Positions 14,866-28,053 of a DNA stretch of 64,000 bases are shown one piece after another. Position 1 is the first letter of the stretch, and each line of letters begins with the position of its first letter. The notes below the pieces were generated by a model. It was not told the origin of the DNA and did no database searches. It saw only the letters and a program-made list of their open reading frames with translations. This stretch comes from the human T2T-CHM13v2.0 reference genome, Homo sapiens. Position numbers and translations under genes: made by a program. The stretch lies in the NCBI RefSeq assembly GCF_009914755.1, contig NC_060925.1; one strand, 5' to 3'.

Positions 14866-16300
14866 GATTTTATTTCAGCTTAGTGAAGAAAATATGCCTG
14901 ACATATAATAGGTCCTTAATAAAGGTTTGTTATATTTTGATGAAATTTATTAAACCCCAACTTTAAAAAGTAAAAAAAGAAAAAAAAAGCTCACCTTCTA
15001 ATATATTACATGACCCTCAACTTTATTAAGAAAATGTAGTTTGGCACTACCATTGGCCAAATTATCTACAAAGATGAAATATCTTTAACCTCTGACCCAT
15101 CAGTAGTAATTTATCTGCCTATTACATATGACTAACACACTGCAGTCAAGATAACTAAAGTCAACTGTATGTACTCAATAATAGCCATTGAATTTCCAGA
15201 GAGATTATTTTAGATGAGTTATGATTTAAAAAAGTAAAAAGACCTTTCATTTTTCACTGCAAACCTTAACCATTCAGTAGTAGCCAGCTGTCAACACATA
15301 TCATGCCAGATTTGATACATTTTTTAGAAACACATAAATCCTTTAACCACTGAGAGCAAAGACTGATTAATTTTTCTGTTTTTCTAGTTAACAACCTGAA
15401 ATGCAAGATACTAATGAGTAATTCTGCAAATCAATGAAAAAAATTATGAAAAATCTCATAAAATGTGTCACACTACAATTCATTCCCCATAAAGTTACAC
15501 AATAGTCAGCATATGGGTTTTGTCACTTTAAAAGGGTCCTCAAGAGCAGTGCCTTAAATGAGATAGAAAGGTTCATTTCTCTCACATACATCAAATCCTA
15601 ACTGGTAGACATTCAAGCAGAGGAGAGCATCAATGTTACATGAGGTTATCTAGAGGCCCTATTTCTTTCTGCCTTGTTGCTTTGCTACCTCCTAAGGGAT
15701 GCCCTTGGCTATACAGTCAAAGCCAGCTCACTACCTCATCTGCATTCCACTTCAGGAAGGGAAGATAAATGGAGGACAAGCAGTTCAATTTTAACGGCAT
15801 GACCTGACAGTTGCAGATGTCAATTCTGCTAATACCCTGTTGGCCAGAATTTACTCACATGGTACCATCTGAATGCCAAGGACACTGGGAAATGTAGTCC
15901 ATAGCAAGGTAGCCAGGAAGTCGTATAAAACTCAGGGCATTCTATCACTAAAAAGAACAAAAGGAGAATGGACTGGGGATGGGGTGTGGAGAGAGGAAAC
16001 GACAGGTTGTCAAAAAAGACTAGGATGTTCTTTCTGCTCACATTTACTAAATAGACATCATCCTCATACATATTATTACAACTCTTCCAGTCATGCTGGA
16101 TCACTGTTGAGATTTTCTGTTTAGATCAGTATTTGCAAGGACAAGTGTGTCCCTGAATCTATATTAGTACCATGCTTGCTAAAGTTGCAGATCAAACACC
16201 CAAATGGACCTGCTAGATTTTTGTCTTCCAATGGTGTTGTCACAGGTGGTCCTCCTCTCTCAAGCAAACTAAGAAGGAGAAAAGGGTAAGTCCTTTTCTA

Positions 16301-16592
16301 TTTTTTTTTTTTTTTTGAGACTGTCTCACTCTGTCACCCAGGCTGGAGTGCCGTGGCATGAACTCACTGCGACCTCTGCCTCCCAGATTCAAGCGATTCT
16401 CCTGACTCAGCCTCCCGAGTACTGGGATTATATAGGTGCGTGCCACCATGCCCAGCTAATTTTTGTATTTTTAGTAGAGACAAGGTTTCACCATGTTGGC
16501 CGGGCTGGTCTCGAACTCCTGATCTCAAGTTATCCACTCGCCTCAGCCTCCCAAAGTGCTGGGATTACAGGCCTAAGCCACCACGCCTGGCC
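16301..16592 (-). mobile_element. Alu (AluS-like)
   Basis: full antisense dimer with polyT. Confidence 0.92.
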
Positions 16593-17031
16593 CAGTAACT
16601 CATCTTTACTAAGGAACTCCTCTACATCAAGCCCTGTTGTAGGGGTTTATGAACAATTACCTCAATTAATTCCTTAAGACAACCTTTAGTGAATACTACT
16701 ATTATTCCCTAAATGAGAAAAAAAGCTTGGAGGGGTTAAATGATTAAGCCAAGTGTATTAGCTTTGAGATGGGTTCATTTTCTGTTTCCATGGGTAGAGC
16801 TGTAAAAAGTCTTTTTTTCCCCTGAGAAAGTGGGCTTTCACAAAAAAACTCACAAAATATAGGTAAACCACCAGCTGTTTCCTGTTCTCCCAAGATTTAG
16901 TGGGGAAGAAAGGGAAGAGAATCTCTAGGGGAGAATCAAGCTAGAATTGCTCACCACTCTAGGCAGAATTCAATACTTATCAGAGGCAAAGACATTCTGA
17001 GAGCCTGTGAGTCCCAAAAGAAACTGGATCC

Positions 17032-17169
17032 AGCTGGACATGGTGGCTCACACCTGTAATCCCAGCTTTTAGGGAGGCCAAGGCAAGGCGGGAGGATCTC
17101 TTGAGCCCAGGAGTTAAAGACAAGCCTGGGCAATACAGGGATACCTTGACTCTTAAAAAAAAAAAAAAA
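17032..17169 (+). mobile_element. FLAM / Alu left monomer
   Basis: single monomer with A tail. Confidence 0.8.
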
Positions 17170-18932
17170 TCCTTCTTTATCTAGCTTGGGGAATGTTGGG
17201 GGTGGGGGTTTGGTCCTAGCACTTCCATCGACCGGCCTCAGAGGCACATCAGTAGTGGCATAACACCTGCTGACTCAGGCCATCCCAGAGAAATAGCCAT
17301 TGGACCCTCTCTTTAGGTGTAGTCCTGGCTTTTAATAAGAGAGTTTGGGCTACTGAAACGCAAGTAATTCATCAGTCCCTTCAAAGTATAGATAAGAGCC
17401 AGTCATAAACTTAATTTCATACCTAGCATTGGTAGTTACATTGAAACTGCAGTAATACAATCAAATTGCATTAGCCAGCTTTATATTTAAGACCTACTGC
17501 TTTAATTACTTTAAACAACACAGTCTTGTGTGGAAGCAAAGAAAGTCTTGCTATAAAGTGGCATTAGCTTAGGAAACCCCAGATTCTTTGAAGGAGACCG
17601 TTCTAAGAACTCCTACCAGAACCAAAGTCAAGCAGCCAAAAGGAAAAAAAAAGATAAAGCCCGGACTTCAATCCTTGTTAGATGGACTAACCCACTGAGC
17701 AGAAAAATCCCCAGTACAGAAAAATAACCCTAACGAAGATTAGGACAGAAATATTACCTTTGTATATAATGGGTCAACACGTTTACACACTCGTGGGCCC
17801 CAGCTATCATTTCAATCTTCACTTCCTTCATTATCATAGAAAGTAAAAAATCCCTTAATACTGCTGAGCTAAATGAATGTTGTGTCTAAGCTCCTAAGAA
17901 TCAATTTTTTTAAGTTTTCTTTCTACAGTGGCTAATTGGAGAGGAGTTAAGAGTTCAGACTCTGTAAGTAAAGATCTGATTTCAAATTCCATCCTGCCTC
18001 AGGCTGCCTGTGAGACTCTGGGCCGGTTGCCTTTCTAGGTGCCCAGCTTGCTCATCTGTCAATTGGAACTAACAACAGTGCTCATGGGGGTTGCTGTAAG
18101 GACGAAATAGGCCAGTGCCTGGTGCAATGGAAATATGCAATATGTGTTAAATGTTATAAATGCTAACACATGAAGTACTGAAAGGTAGGATGATGACTTT
18201 TGAATTTTGGTTTGTGTGGTTTTTCCCCTCATGAGTTCCAATCTGTTTGGCCCCTAATGGCAAACTCTATCAGGTTGTGAGTCCTTGTTAACTCCACCAA
18301 AAGCTGAGAGAGATAAATGGACCCTTAGCAGCAGAAAAATTGCCTTCTGAAATAACCTCTTCCTGATGCATCCAGCATTTATGTGCTGTCCTTTTTTCCA
18401 AGACAAAAAATTGCATGTTGGAATTGGATTGGAGACATTATCTCGTGATGATTAAGGGAGGTTATTACTACAACAGTTCATGAAATGAAAGCTACCTGCT
18501 TTTACCCAGGGAGCTCTTGAAAATAACCCTCTTTTTCCCCAGTGAATAGGCAAGGAAAAGCAAGATTCCAATAATGGATAGCATTACAAATCCTTTTTCA
18601 TGTACTCTGCTTATCTAAATTGGCACATGATGCCTGCCCACCATCTCTCAGAAATTGTGAGAGGTACTGACTCATCCATCAAGCCCCACCTAACAGCCTG
18701 GGAGGCACCAAGGAGGATATTTCTCTTTCTCTGCTGCCTGTTCCTCACCAAACTGAATCAGCATTTCAAGGAGCTCAATTCCCATTCTGAAAGGTAATAC
18801 CTTCTAAAGATGGGGACGGCAGCACTTATGGAAATTCTAACCCATCAGCTGAAAGATAGGCATGTGAAAGTTAGAGAGTTACCCCACAGTAACCTCCCCA
18901 AAAGCTCTCCATTTGAAAAAATTTTAATTTTA

Positions 18933-19287
18933 CATATATATGTATATACACCCACACATAAACACACATACATACACATATATGTGTGTATATCTATGTA
19001 CATGCATACATGTATGTGTATATGTGTGTATATATATGCATATATATATATATTGCCTTCTGGAAAACCTCTTCCTGATGCATCCAGCATTTATGTGCTG
19101 TCCTTTTTTCCAAGACAAAAAATTGCATGTTGGAATTGGATTGGAGACATTATCTCATGATGATTAAGGGAGGTTATTCCTGCAACAGTTCATGAAATGA
19201 AAGCTACCTGCTTTTACCCAAGGAGCTCTTGAAAATAACCCTCTTTTTCCCCAGCAAATAGACTATATATATACATATATGTGTGTG

Positions 19288-19326
<39 letters not shown>

Positions 19327-19516
19327 ATATATATATATGTATAGAGCCCGGACTTTAATCCTTGTTAGATGGACTAACCCGCTGAGCAGAAAAATCCCCA
19401 GTACAACAAAATAACCCTAAGGAATATATATATTTTTTCTATAGTGGCTAATTGGAGAGGAGTAAGAGTTCAGACTCTGTAAGTAAATATCTGATTTCAA
19501 ATTCCATCCTATATAT
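18933..19516. repeat. Composite locally templated insertion with (TA/TG/CA)n linkers
   Basis: three patches match 18339-18549, 17654-17737 and 17920-17995. Confidence 0.92.
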
Positions 19517-19825
19517 TTTCCCAATACTTCATTTATACTTGCCAAATTTTTTCTCTTCCCCAAAACTACCTTTGGGAAGGGATTAGGAATGAGTCCCTAA
19601 TTTAAGTCTTGCATTGTTTAAGCTTTAAATCAGGGCCGAATATTCTCTTAACTATGAATGGTCATTGAACAAGGAAAAACAACAGATACACAAACGTATA
19701 TGTATCTTGGAATGGGAAGGAATAATGAGGAAAAAAATAAAAATATAAAAGAAATGGATATAAACAAATTCCTTATAAAGTACCTATCAAGAACTTACAC
19801 TATACCAGGCATTCTTTTAGGTATC

Positions 19826-20048
19826 CAGGATTCCTCAACCTCAGCACTATTGACACTTTGGGCTAAATCATTCTTTGTTGTGAGGAAACTGTTCTGTGCA
19901 TGACAGGACATTCAGCGCCATCCCTGGCCTCTACCCACTAGATGTCAGCAGCACCCCTCACCCTCGCCAAGTTATGAGAAGCAAAACTGTCTCCAGACTT
20001 TGCCAAATATCCCCAGGGAATAAAATCGCCTCTGGTTACGAACCACTG
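19826..20048. mobile_element. MER20 (hAT-Charlie)
   Basis: ctcaacctcagcactattgaca..catccctggcctctacccactagatg..gtctccagac..gaaccactg. Confidence 0.85.
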
Positions 20049-20922
20049 TACTAGATACACAAAAATTGCCCTGCCTACTAGTTGCAATTTTTGTTTTATG
20101 CTCCTTAAGGACAGTCAGTCCTCAAAAACTCAGTGCATTATCTGGTGTACAGGTTGTCAAACCTCCTCTTCTCCATTGCTGGGCTACTGCTGACTTCTGA
20201 CCAAGTGGAGGAGGTTGCGGGGGTTCTGGGAGCATCCAGTTCCTTACTCTCAGTTATGCTTTCTAAGTCTCTCATCATTTCCATTAGCATTCTGATCTTT
20301 TAGAAAGCTTTTCTAGAGCAGCAAATCTCTAACATTCATCTGATATTTATATTGTCCATAAATATTTGAAGTATCAAATCAACATACAAAAATAAGAAGT
20401 CAAGTTTTGCATTGAAGTGGAAATTTTAGGAAATGTTCTACATCAGTAGGCATCTCCTGTTAGAGGTTTGTGATTCTAAGTAATTAGTACCAAGATGTTT
20501 CCTAGTTATCCTTTTCAACTCAGAGTTGGCTGTGACTAAGGGATAAAGAATGGGAGGGAGGTGTTTGTTTATGTTTAGTTTTCACAAACATGTCATGATG
20601 TATTGTGAGACCACAGCGACTTATTAATGCAACTTTCATCCAGTGACTTGAAAACCTTCAAAAATATTCATTAACAGATACGCTGATGAGGTTTGCAGGC
20701 TTTCAACCTCATATTCTTACCATATTAGTCTAAAGAGATTCTTGGGATGAATCATATGGCATTACATTACCCACGGCTTTATCTTCAGAGAGAAACAACA
20801 ACAAACACCAGTGCATTTCAAAATTCCCTAAGGTGTCATTGGCCAAGCAGACCAGGAGCTTTGTCTCTATGCCCCAGGAAAAGAAAGGGGCAGAGACAGG
20901 AAGAAACTAGCTGAAGTCATCG

Positions 20923-21313
<391 letters not shown>

Positions 21314-21329
21314 CTATGAAGTTGTTAAC

Positions 21330-22640
21330 ATTGACCAGATCTCTAAATGTTGAATTGCTCCAGATTCAGGCCTTGGAATTCTTATCTCCTTCACTTTCTA
21401 GGGAAACTTATCCACTCCTGTGGTGATAAATACCAACTCCCAAATGTATATCTTCAAACCCAGACTTCTCTGAGCTCCAGTCTTGTATATCCAACTGTCT
21501 TCTCCATATCACACTTGATTGTCTCAAATTTAACACATCCCCCACAAATCCCCTTTCTTCTCTCTCCCAGATTTCTTCAGCCAATTGTATTGCATGTTTC
21601 CAATTATTCAGGTCACAAACAGTGGAATCACCTTGACATCTCCCTTTCTCTTATCCCCTGCATGTAATCATCAACAAATTCTGACAGCTCTTTCTGTCAA
21701 ATATTTCTAGAATCCAACCACTTCTCACCCTTCTACTGGCAACCAACCTGGATTACACCATCTTCATCTAGATTTTTAGCACAATTGACCTCCATGTTTG
21801 CCCCATCCAGTCTATTTTCCACACAGCAGCCAGTGTAACTGTTTACATTTCAAGTCATAGCATGTTTCCTCTCTGTTCAAAATTCCAATGGCTTCCCCAA
21901 AGCCCTTCCATGCACAAGGCCCTGCCTATCTGGTCATCTGCCTCCTCTCTGACTTCATTTCACCTTTCTACTCTCTTGGCTCTTCCTTCGCTCTCTATAG
22001 TTACTCTTCCATCTCTCTGGAGCACACTCCCTTTGAAACCCTCATGTTTCCCGCTCTCACTTCCTTCATGTCTCTGCTCAAATGACACTTTATCAGAGAA
22101 ACTTCCCTCACCACACTGTGTGAAATAGTGCCCCCTCCTCAGGCTTTCTCTATATTCTTTATCTTGCTGTTTACAGCCCCTATCCTGCTTTTCTCATCAA
22201 AAATATTTTTTCTTCATAAATAAATGTGTTTATGTGTATATATATGTATGTACATACATCTGCAATATATACATATTTGTATTACACATTTATTAATGCA
22301 GGGATTGACAAACTATGGCCCAGGACCAAATCTAGCCCTGGCCTGATTTTGTACAGACACAAGCTAAAAATGGTTTTTATATTATTAAAAGGCTGTAAAA
22401 GAAAAAGGGGAAAAAAGATGAATAAGAAACAGAAAGCATATGTGGACTGCAAAACCTAAAATATTTGGCATCCGGCCCCTTATAGAAAAAGGTTGCCAGC
22501 CCCTGTATTGTCTCCCACTAGAACATAAACTCCTTGAGCTCAGGGACTTTGTTTTGGTCACTGTAAGATCCCCAGCACATAGAAGAGTGCCTGGTTCAAA
22601 GTAGATGCTAAGTAAATATTTTTAAAAGAATGAATGAATA
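21330..22640 (+). mobile_element. L2 LINE remnant (boundaries approximate)
   Basis: pyrimidine-rich L2 body ending gtgcctgg..agtagatgct.agtaaatattt..gaatgaatgaat. Confidence 0.75.
22299..22505. mobile_element. MER58A (hAT-Charlie) nested in L2
   Basis: cagggattgacaaact..gcaaaacctaaaatattt..agaaaaaggttgccagcccctg termini. Confidence 0.8.
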
Positions 22641-22655
22641 AAGACAATGAGTTTT

Positions 22656-22951
<296 letters not shown>

Positions 22952-24811
22952 CAACACTGAGTCTTAGTGAGGTCAGGTGACTTGTCTAAGGTCACACAGG
23001 AAGCTGGCAGATGAACCAGGTTTCAAACCCAGGTCCACCTGATTCCACAGCTAGGCCCTGATGTGCAAGAGCTGCTTGAAGCAATGATTTGAACCTTCTT
23101 GTTTTCTACCAAAAGGCTTTCCTTTGTAGACTGTCTCTAACAGGCAAATTAGGTAAGCACCCTGTGGGACAGGGGATGAAAAAAGAAAGACATACAGTAT
23201 GTTGCAGAAAACTTTTAAAAATTATATCATAACATATTTACATCTGATATCAACCATATTCAATGTACTTTCATATACATCATCTCTTAGTGTCACCACA
23301 TATCTGTCTGTATATGGTAATGAGCGTAATCTGTAATTATGCTCATTACACACATTACAAAACAGAGTTTCAGAGAGGTTAGGGGAACTGGCTTTCACAA
23401 GAAATGAGTAGCAGAGACAGAATTGAATCCAGATTTATCACTTTTAGTGCAGAGCTTTCCCCTTTACCAAATTGGACCAACATATATCCCCACAGCTCTG
23501 CTGAAGGGTAAAAGTGCTGCCATGGATGTGGAGGAATTTTAATAAAATGGCAGTCACAGTTCAGTCACTTCTAAGAAACCAGGGGCTACTCCATTTCACT
23601 TAGAGGTCTGTGGCATACAAGAAAACCTCCTCAGTTATAAACGGCAATCTACCAATGGCCAGAGGCAGCAGCAAAGTAAGAACTTTGAAACTGAAGCAAT
23701 GAGCAAGAGAGCTGTCAAGCTGACCACATCTTGGGCTTTTACTGGTGTGACAATAGTGCAGCATTTTTGAGCTGCCAGGCCCATGACCATCTTCAAGAAG
23801 GAAGCCAAGAAAACTGACAGTTCTCTTAGCTGACACGAATATCCACAGCTGTCACCTCCTGGACCAGCTGCTGAATCTAATCAGCCATCCTCTGAGGCAG
23901 CTGACTTTAGAGCCTTAGTGTATTTGGCTGAGAAACCATGTGTGTTACGTGGCTGCCAAGGGCCAGCCTTCTGCGTGATTGCCAGTGTCTCTATGTTTTT
24001 ATAGAGGAGAGGTCACGATGCTGCCCCCTGGAGTTCATTTGAATCTGACACGCAGCTGTACACTGGCCAAGATACCAGCTCAGAATGCTTGCAACAGTCT
24101 AGTTTCAAATGTCTGTCTCTTTGTTGCTGTAAGTTCCTTATGCTGTGTCAGGCCATGTGTGCCCTACCCCCCGCCCAGAAAATGTAGCCTCTATAAACAG
24201 CAGCAGTTGAAGCTACTGTACTATATTTGGTCCATTTCTGCATCTCTTCACCCTCCTCACTATAATATGGCCCAACTCTTAGGAAACTGAAATTAAATCA
24301 AAGTGTCATTTTCAATGGTAGAATATGCAAGAATTTTAAGTACTAAATGACTATGATTATTAAATCAGTTTAATAATTATAATGTTTTCTTCAAATAATT
24401 TATATGATGACTTGGATATGAAAACCTGATGAACTACATAATAACTACAAATGTACCATTCCTTTCGGTACAACTTTAAACTTATGTCTCTGTATTTTAA
24501 AAATCTCTTTTATTTGGAAATAACATTAGTAATTGCAATGAAGAACATGGAGCAAAGTTCAAATGCTTTACCTAATATATTCCTTTGTCAAAAAAAGAAA
24601 ACTTGAAAATCGTTCAAAGTCGGGCATTAGGTATCTTCCATATATTAAGTATCATGCTTAGTGTGATGCTAAGTGTGACATTATATTCTTAGAAAGTGTC
24701 TGGCTACTTACATGCATATTCCAAGGAAACTTTATATATGGGGAAGACATATTTGAGAACTCCGCATTTGTACTGTGTTAAGCAATAAAAAGTATACCTT
24801 TTTGTTGTCAG

Positions 24812-24926
24812 GCTTGAGAAAGAGATCCAAGATCTTGAAAAAGCTGAACTGCAAATCTCAACGAAGGAAGAGGCCATTTTAAAGAAACTAAAGTCAATTG
24901 AGCGGACAACAGAAGACATTATAAGA
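24812..24926 (+). CDS. PALMD: Palmdelphin exon 4 (..LEKEIQDLEKAELQISTKEEAILKKLKSIERTTEDIIR)
   Basis: tgtcag| and |gtgagc; 115 nt, phase 2-0, in frame with exon 3. Confidence 0.95.
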
Positions 24927-25065
24927 GTGAGCATTAACCAATTTTAAAACTGTAATTCTCTCTCAAAATGAATCCACAAATACTATATAATTTTTCAAAG
25001 CATATCCACATTTAGATTCTATCTTTTAAACTGTATTAATCATGGAGAATTCTTTTTTCTTACAG

Positions 25066-25099
25066 TCTGTGAAAGTGGAAAGAGAAGAAAGAGCAGAAG
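25066..25099 (+). CDS. PALMD: Palmdelphin exon 5 (SVKVEREERAE), 34 nt
   Basis: ttacag| and |gtatgt; phase 0-1. Confidence 0.93.
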
Positions 25100-25211
25100 G
25101 TATGTTTTTGAATAACTTATTTTATGTTAAACTAAGTTTTTTTGGTAATTTGAAATTGTTCCCATTGTAAATATATTCTAAATGTATTTTGAATTCATAT
25201 TAATTTTACAG

Positions 25212-25325
25212 AGTCAATTGAGGACATCTATGCTAATATCCCTGACCTTCCAAAGTCCTACATACCTTCTAGGTTAAGGAAGGAGATAAATGAAGAAAAA
25301 GAAGATGATGAACAAAATAGGAAAG
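25212..25325 (+). CDS. PALMD: Palmdelphin exon 6 (..SIEDIYANIPDLPKSYIPSRLRKEINEEKEDDEQNRK)
   Basis: ttacag| and |gtatat; 114 nt, phase 1-1. Confidence 0.94.
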
Positions 25326-26911
25326 GTATATGAGAAATCTGTGTTGAAGGGCATGTTCTTAATTTCAGATTTTACAGTGTCAAATATTCACAACTTGCTA
25401 TGACATATTATTCTTCCAGGTTAAGCAATGGTTCACTTTACAAAGTTCTGTGAGTTATGTGAGTCACCGCATAGGTGAGGATAATGAGGGTATAATAATA
25501 GCATTTATTCCATGCATTTTATTCCCTAACAAACCAGACAGGGATAAGGAAGATAGAGACCCAAAGGAGACAAGAAGCTCTTAAAAGCATAGATTCCCTG
25601 GTCAAAAATATTTCTCCTGACATATTCCATCCAATAGAACCTCTTTGGGGGTTACAAAGATCTTTTTTGAAAATGAAAATATTCCTTTGGGAAGCTTAGG
25701 CCTTATTTACCTCCATGGGAAATTGAGTTACATAAAACTGATGCTTCAAAGCTTCTAGAAAAATGAAGGTTTGCATTAGAGCAGAGAGGAAAACTTTGAA
25801 TTTTACAGTGGAAGGAAAAGCTACTCTTTATTTGCAGATGGTAGTCATTTATTCATTCAACAAATATTTAGAGAATAGATACTGTGTGCCAGGTTCAGTT
25901 AGGCACATAGTAGGTATTCACTAAATATATCATGGTAGGGAGTGCAATACAGAGAATAAAGCAGAGAAGCTGGACAGGGAGAGTGCAGATGAGGGGTGTT
26001 GTAGTTTTTCTTGGGTAGTCAAGGAAGGCCAAGAAACCACCAGGCTATAGAGGAGGTAAGAAATACAAAATGGGTTCAGAAAGAAAGGTGGGAGGACACA
26101 ACAAAAGCAAGCTGTAATTTTGCACAGAATTCTATTCGCTTTACCTTTCCTATTGAAATTCCAGCCATAGGGATCTTACTTAGGTCATGAAGCAAATCTC
26201 AGCTTCCCCAGTTCTCTCCAGTCCATTTGTCTCAGTGCAGCTGATATTGCTGTACTTTTTAGCCCTTCCTCTACTTGAAAATGGGAGTGAAAATGAAAAG
26301 AAACATAAGGCAGAAAGAGAAGTGTGTGATTGTAGCCTTCTCCCTCCCGTTTCCATCCCAGTTCTACATTTAAACAGCCTCTCCACTGTGAAAACTTTAG
26401 AACACACCTCTATAATTTCACCAGGCTGCTGGCCTGTACAACAAGGATGTAACTTTATAAAATATACTGTACTAGGCACTTTGCCCACTGTGATGCACAG
26501 TCCAACATATTCTTCTTGACTAAAGAAGAGATTGATTCTGCCCATTGAGAAATGCAAAAGAAAGTATATCCATCTTGCTGAATTTATTAATAGGAAAGAG
26601 GATATCTTTTTCGGTTCCCCATTGAAATTCTTTCCGATTTGGAACCATCAGCTTATCTTCTCTAATCAACTTCTCTTCTTCAACCCTTTCCATTTTTCAG
26701 TACAATTCCCTACACCATTACATAAAAACCCGTGTTATTCCAGTTGGTCATGATATCATTAATGAGTAAAATCAGAAATTTAAAAAATAGACAACATCTC
26801 ACATACAAGAACATGAAGGGTCTACTTAATATAAAAATAAACACAGTGAAAGCAGGTTAGTTTACAAAAGAAAAGTTAACTAAATCAAAGATCAAATTTG
26901 TTTCTTAACAG

Positions 26912-28009
26912 CTTTATATGCCATGGAAATTAAAGTTGAAAAAGACTTGAAGACTGGAGAAAGTACAGTTCTGTCTTCAATACCTCTGCCATCAGATGAC
27001 TTTAAAGGTACAGGAATAAAAGTTTATGATGATGGGCAAAAGTCAGTGTATGCAGTAAGTTCTAATCACAGTGCAGCATACAATGGCACCGATGGCCTGG
27101 CACCAGTTGAAGTAGAGGAACTTCTAAGACAAGCCTCAGAGAGAAACTCTAAATCCCCAACAGAGTATCATGAGCCTGTATATGCCAATCCCTTTTACAG
27201 GCCTACAACCCCACAGAGAGAAACGGTGACCCCTGGACCAAACTTTCAAGAAAGGATAAAGATTAAAACTAATGGACTGGGTATTGGTGTAAATGAATCC
27301 ATACACAATATGGGCAATGGTCTTTCAGAGGAAAGGGGAAACAACTTCAATCACATCAGTCCCATTCCGCCAGTGCCTCATCCCCGATCAGTGATTCAAC
27401 AAGCAGAAGAGAAGCTTCACACCCCGCAAAAAAGGCTAATGACTCCTTGGGAAGAATCGAATGTCATGCAGGACAAAGATGCACCCTCTCCAAAGCCAAG
27501 GCTGAGCCCCAGAGAGACAATATTTGGGAAATCTGAACACCAGAATTCTTCACCCACTTGTCAGGAGGACGAGGAAGATGTCAGATATAATATCGTTCAT
27601 TCCCTGCCTCCAGACATAAATGATACAGAACCGGTGACAATGATTTTCATGGGGTATCAGCAGGCAGAAGACAGTGAAGAAGATAAGAAGTTTCTGACAG
27701 GATATGATGGGATCATCCATGCTGAGCTGGTTGTGATTGATGATGAGGAGGAGGAGGATGAAGGAGAAGCAGAGAAACCGTCCTACCACCCCATAGCTCC
27801 CCATAGTCAGGTGTACCAGCCAGCCAAACCAACACCACTTCCTAGAAAAAGATCAGAAGCTAGTCCTCATGAAAACACAAATCATAAATCCCCCCACAAA
27901 AATTCCATATCTCTGAAAGAGCAAGAAGAAAGCTTAGGCAGCCCTGTCCACCATTCCCCATTTGATGCTCAGACAACTGGAGATGGGACTGAGGATCCAT
28001 CCTTAACAG
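26912..28009 (+). CDS. PALMD: Palmdelphin large exon 7
   Basis: taacag| and |gtaata; 1098 nt, phase 1-1; corresponds to ORF 26923..28053; paralemmin motifs ALYAMEIKVEKD, GIKVYDD, EPVTMIFMGYQ, GIIHAELVVI. Confidence 0.98.
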
Positions 28010-28053
28010 GTAATAAAAATGACAAGGCATGCCACTGCTGTTCAGTCATGTGA
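28010..28053 (+). CDS. PALMD: Alternative PALMD C-terminus by read-through of the exon 7 donor: GNKNDKACHCCSVM* (CaaX plus palmitoylation cysteines)
   Basis: The frame stays open into intron 7 and ends in C-x-C-C-S-V-M-stop, resembling the lipidation tail of paralemmin-1; AATAAA follows at 28206. Confidence 0.8.

Noticed and set aside
18933-19516. CRISPR-like repeat-spacer reading of the linker/patch array
   Set aside because: The linkers are variable microsatellites rather than fixed repeats, the patches vary from 75 to 210 bp, the context is mammalian, and there are no cas genes.
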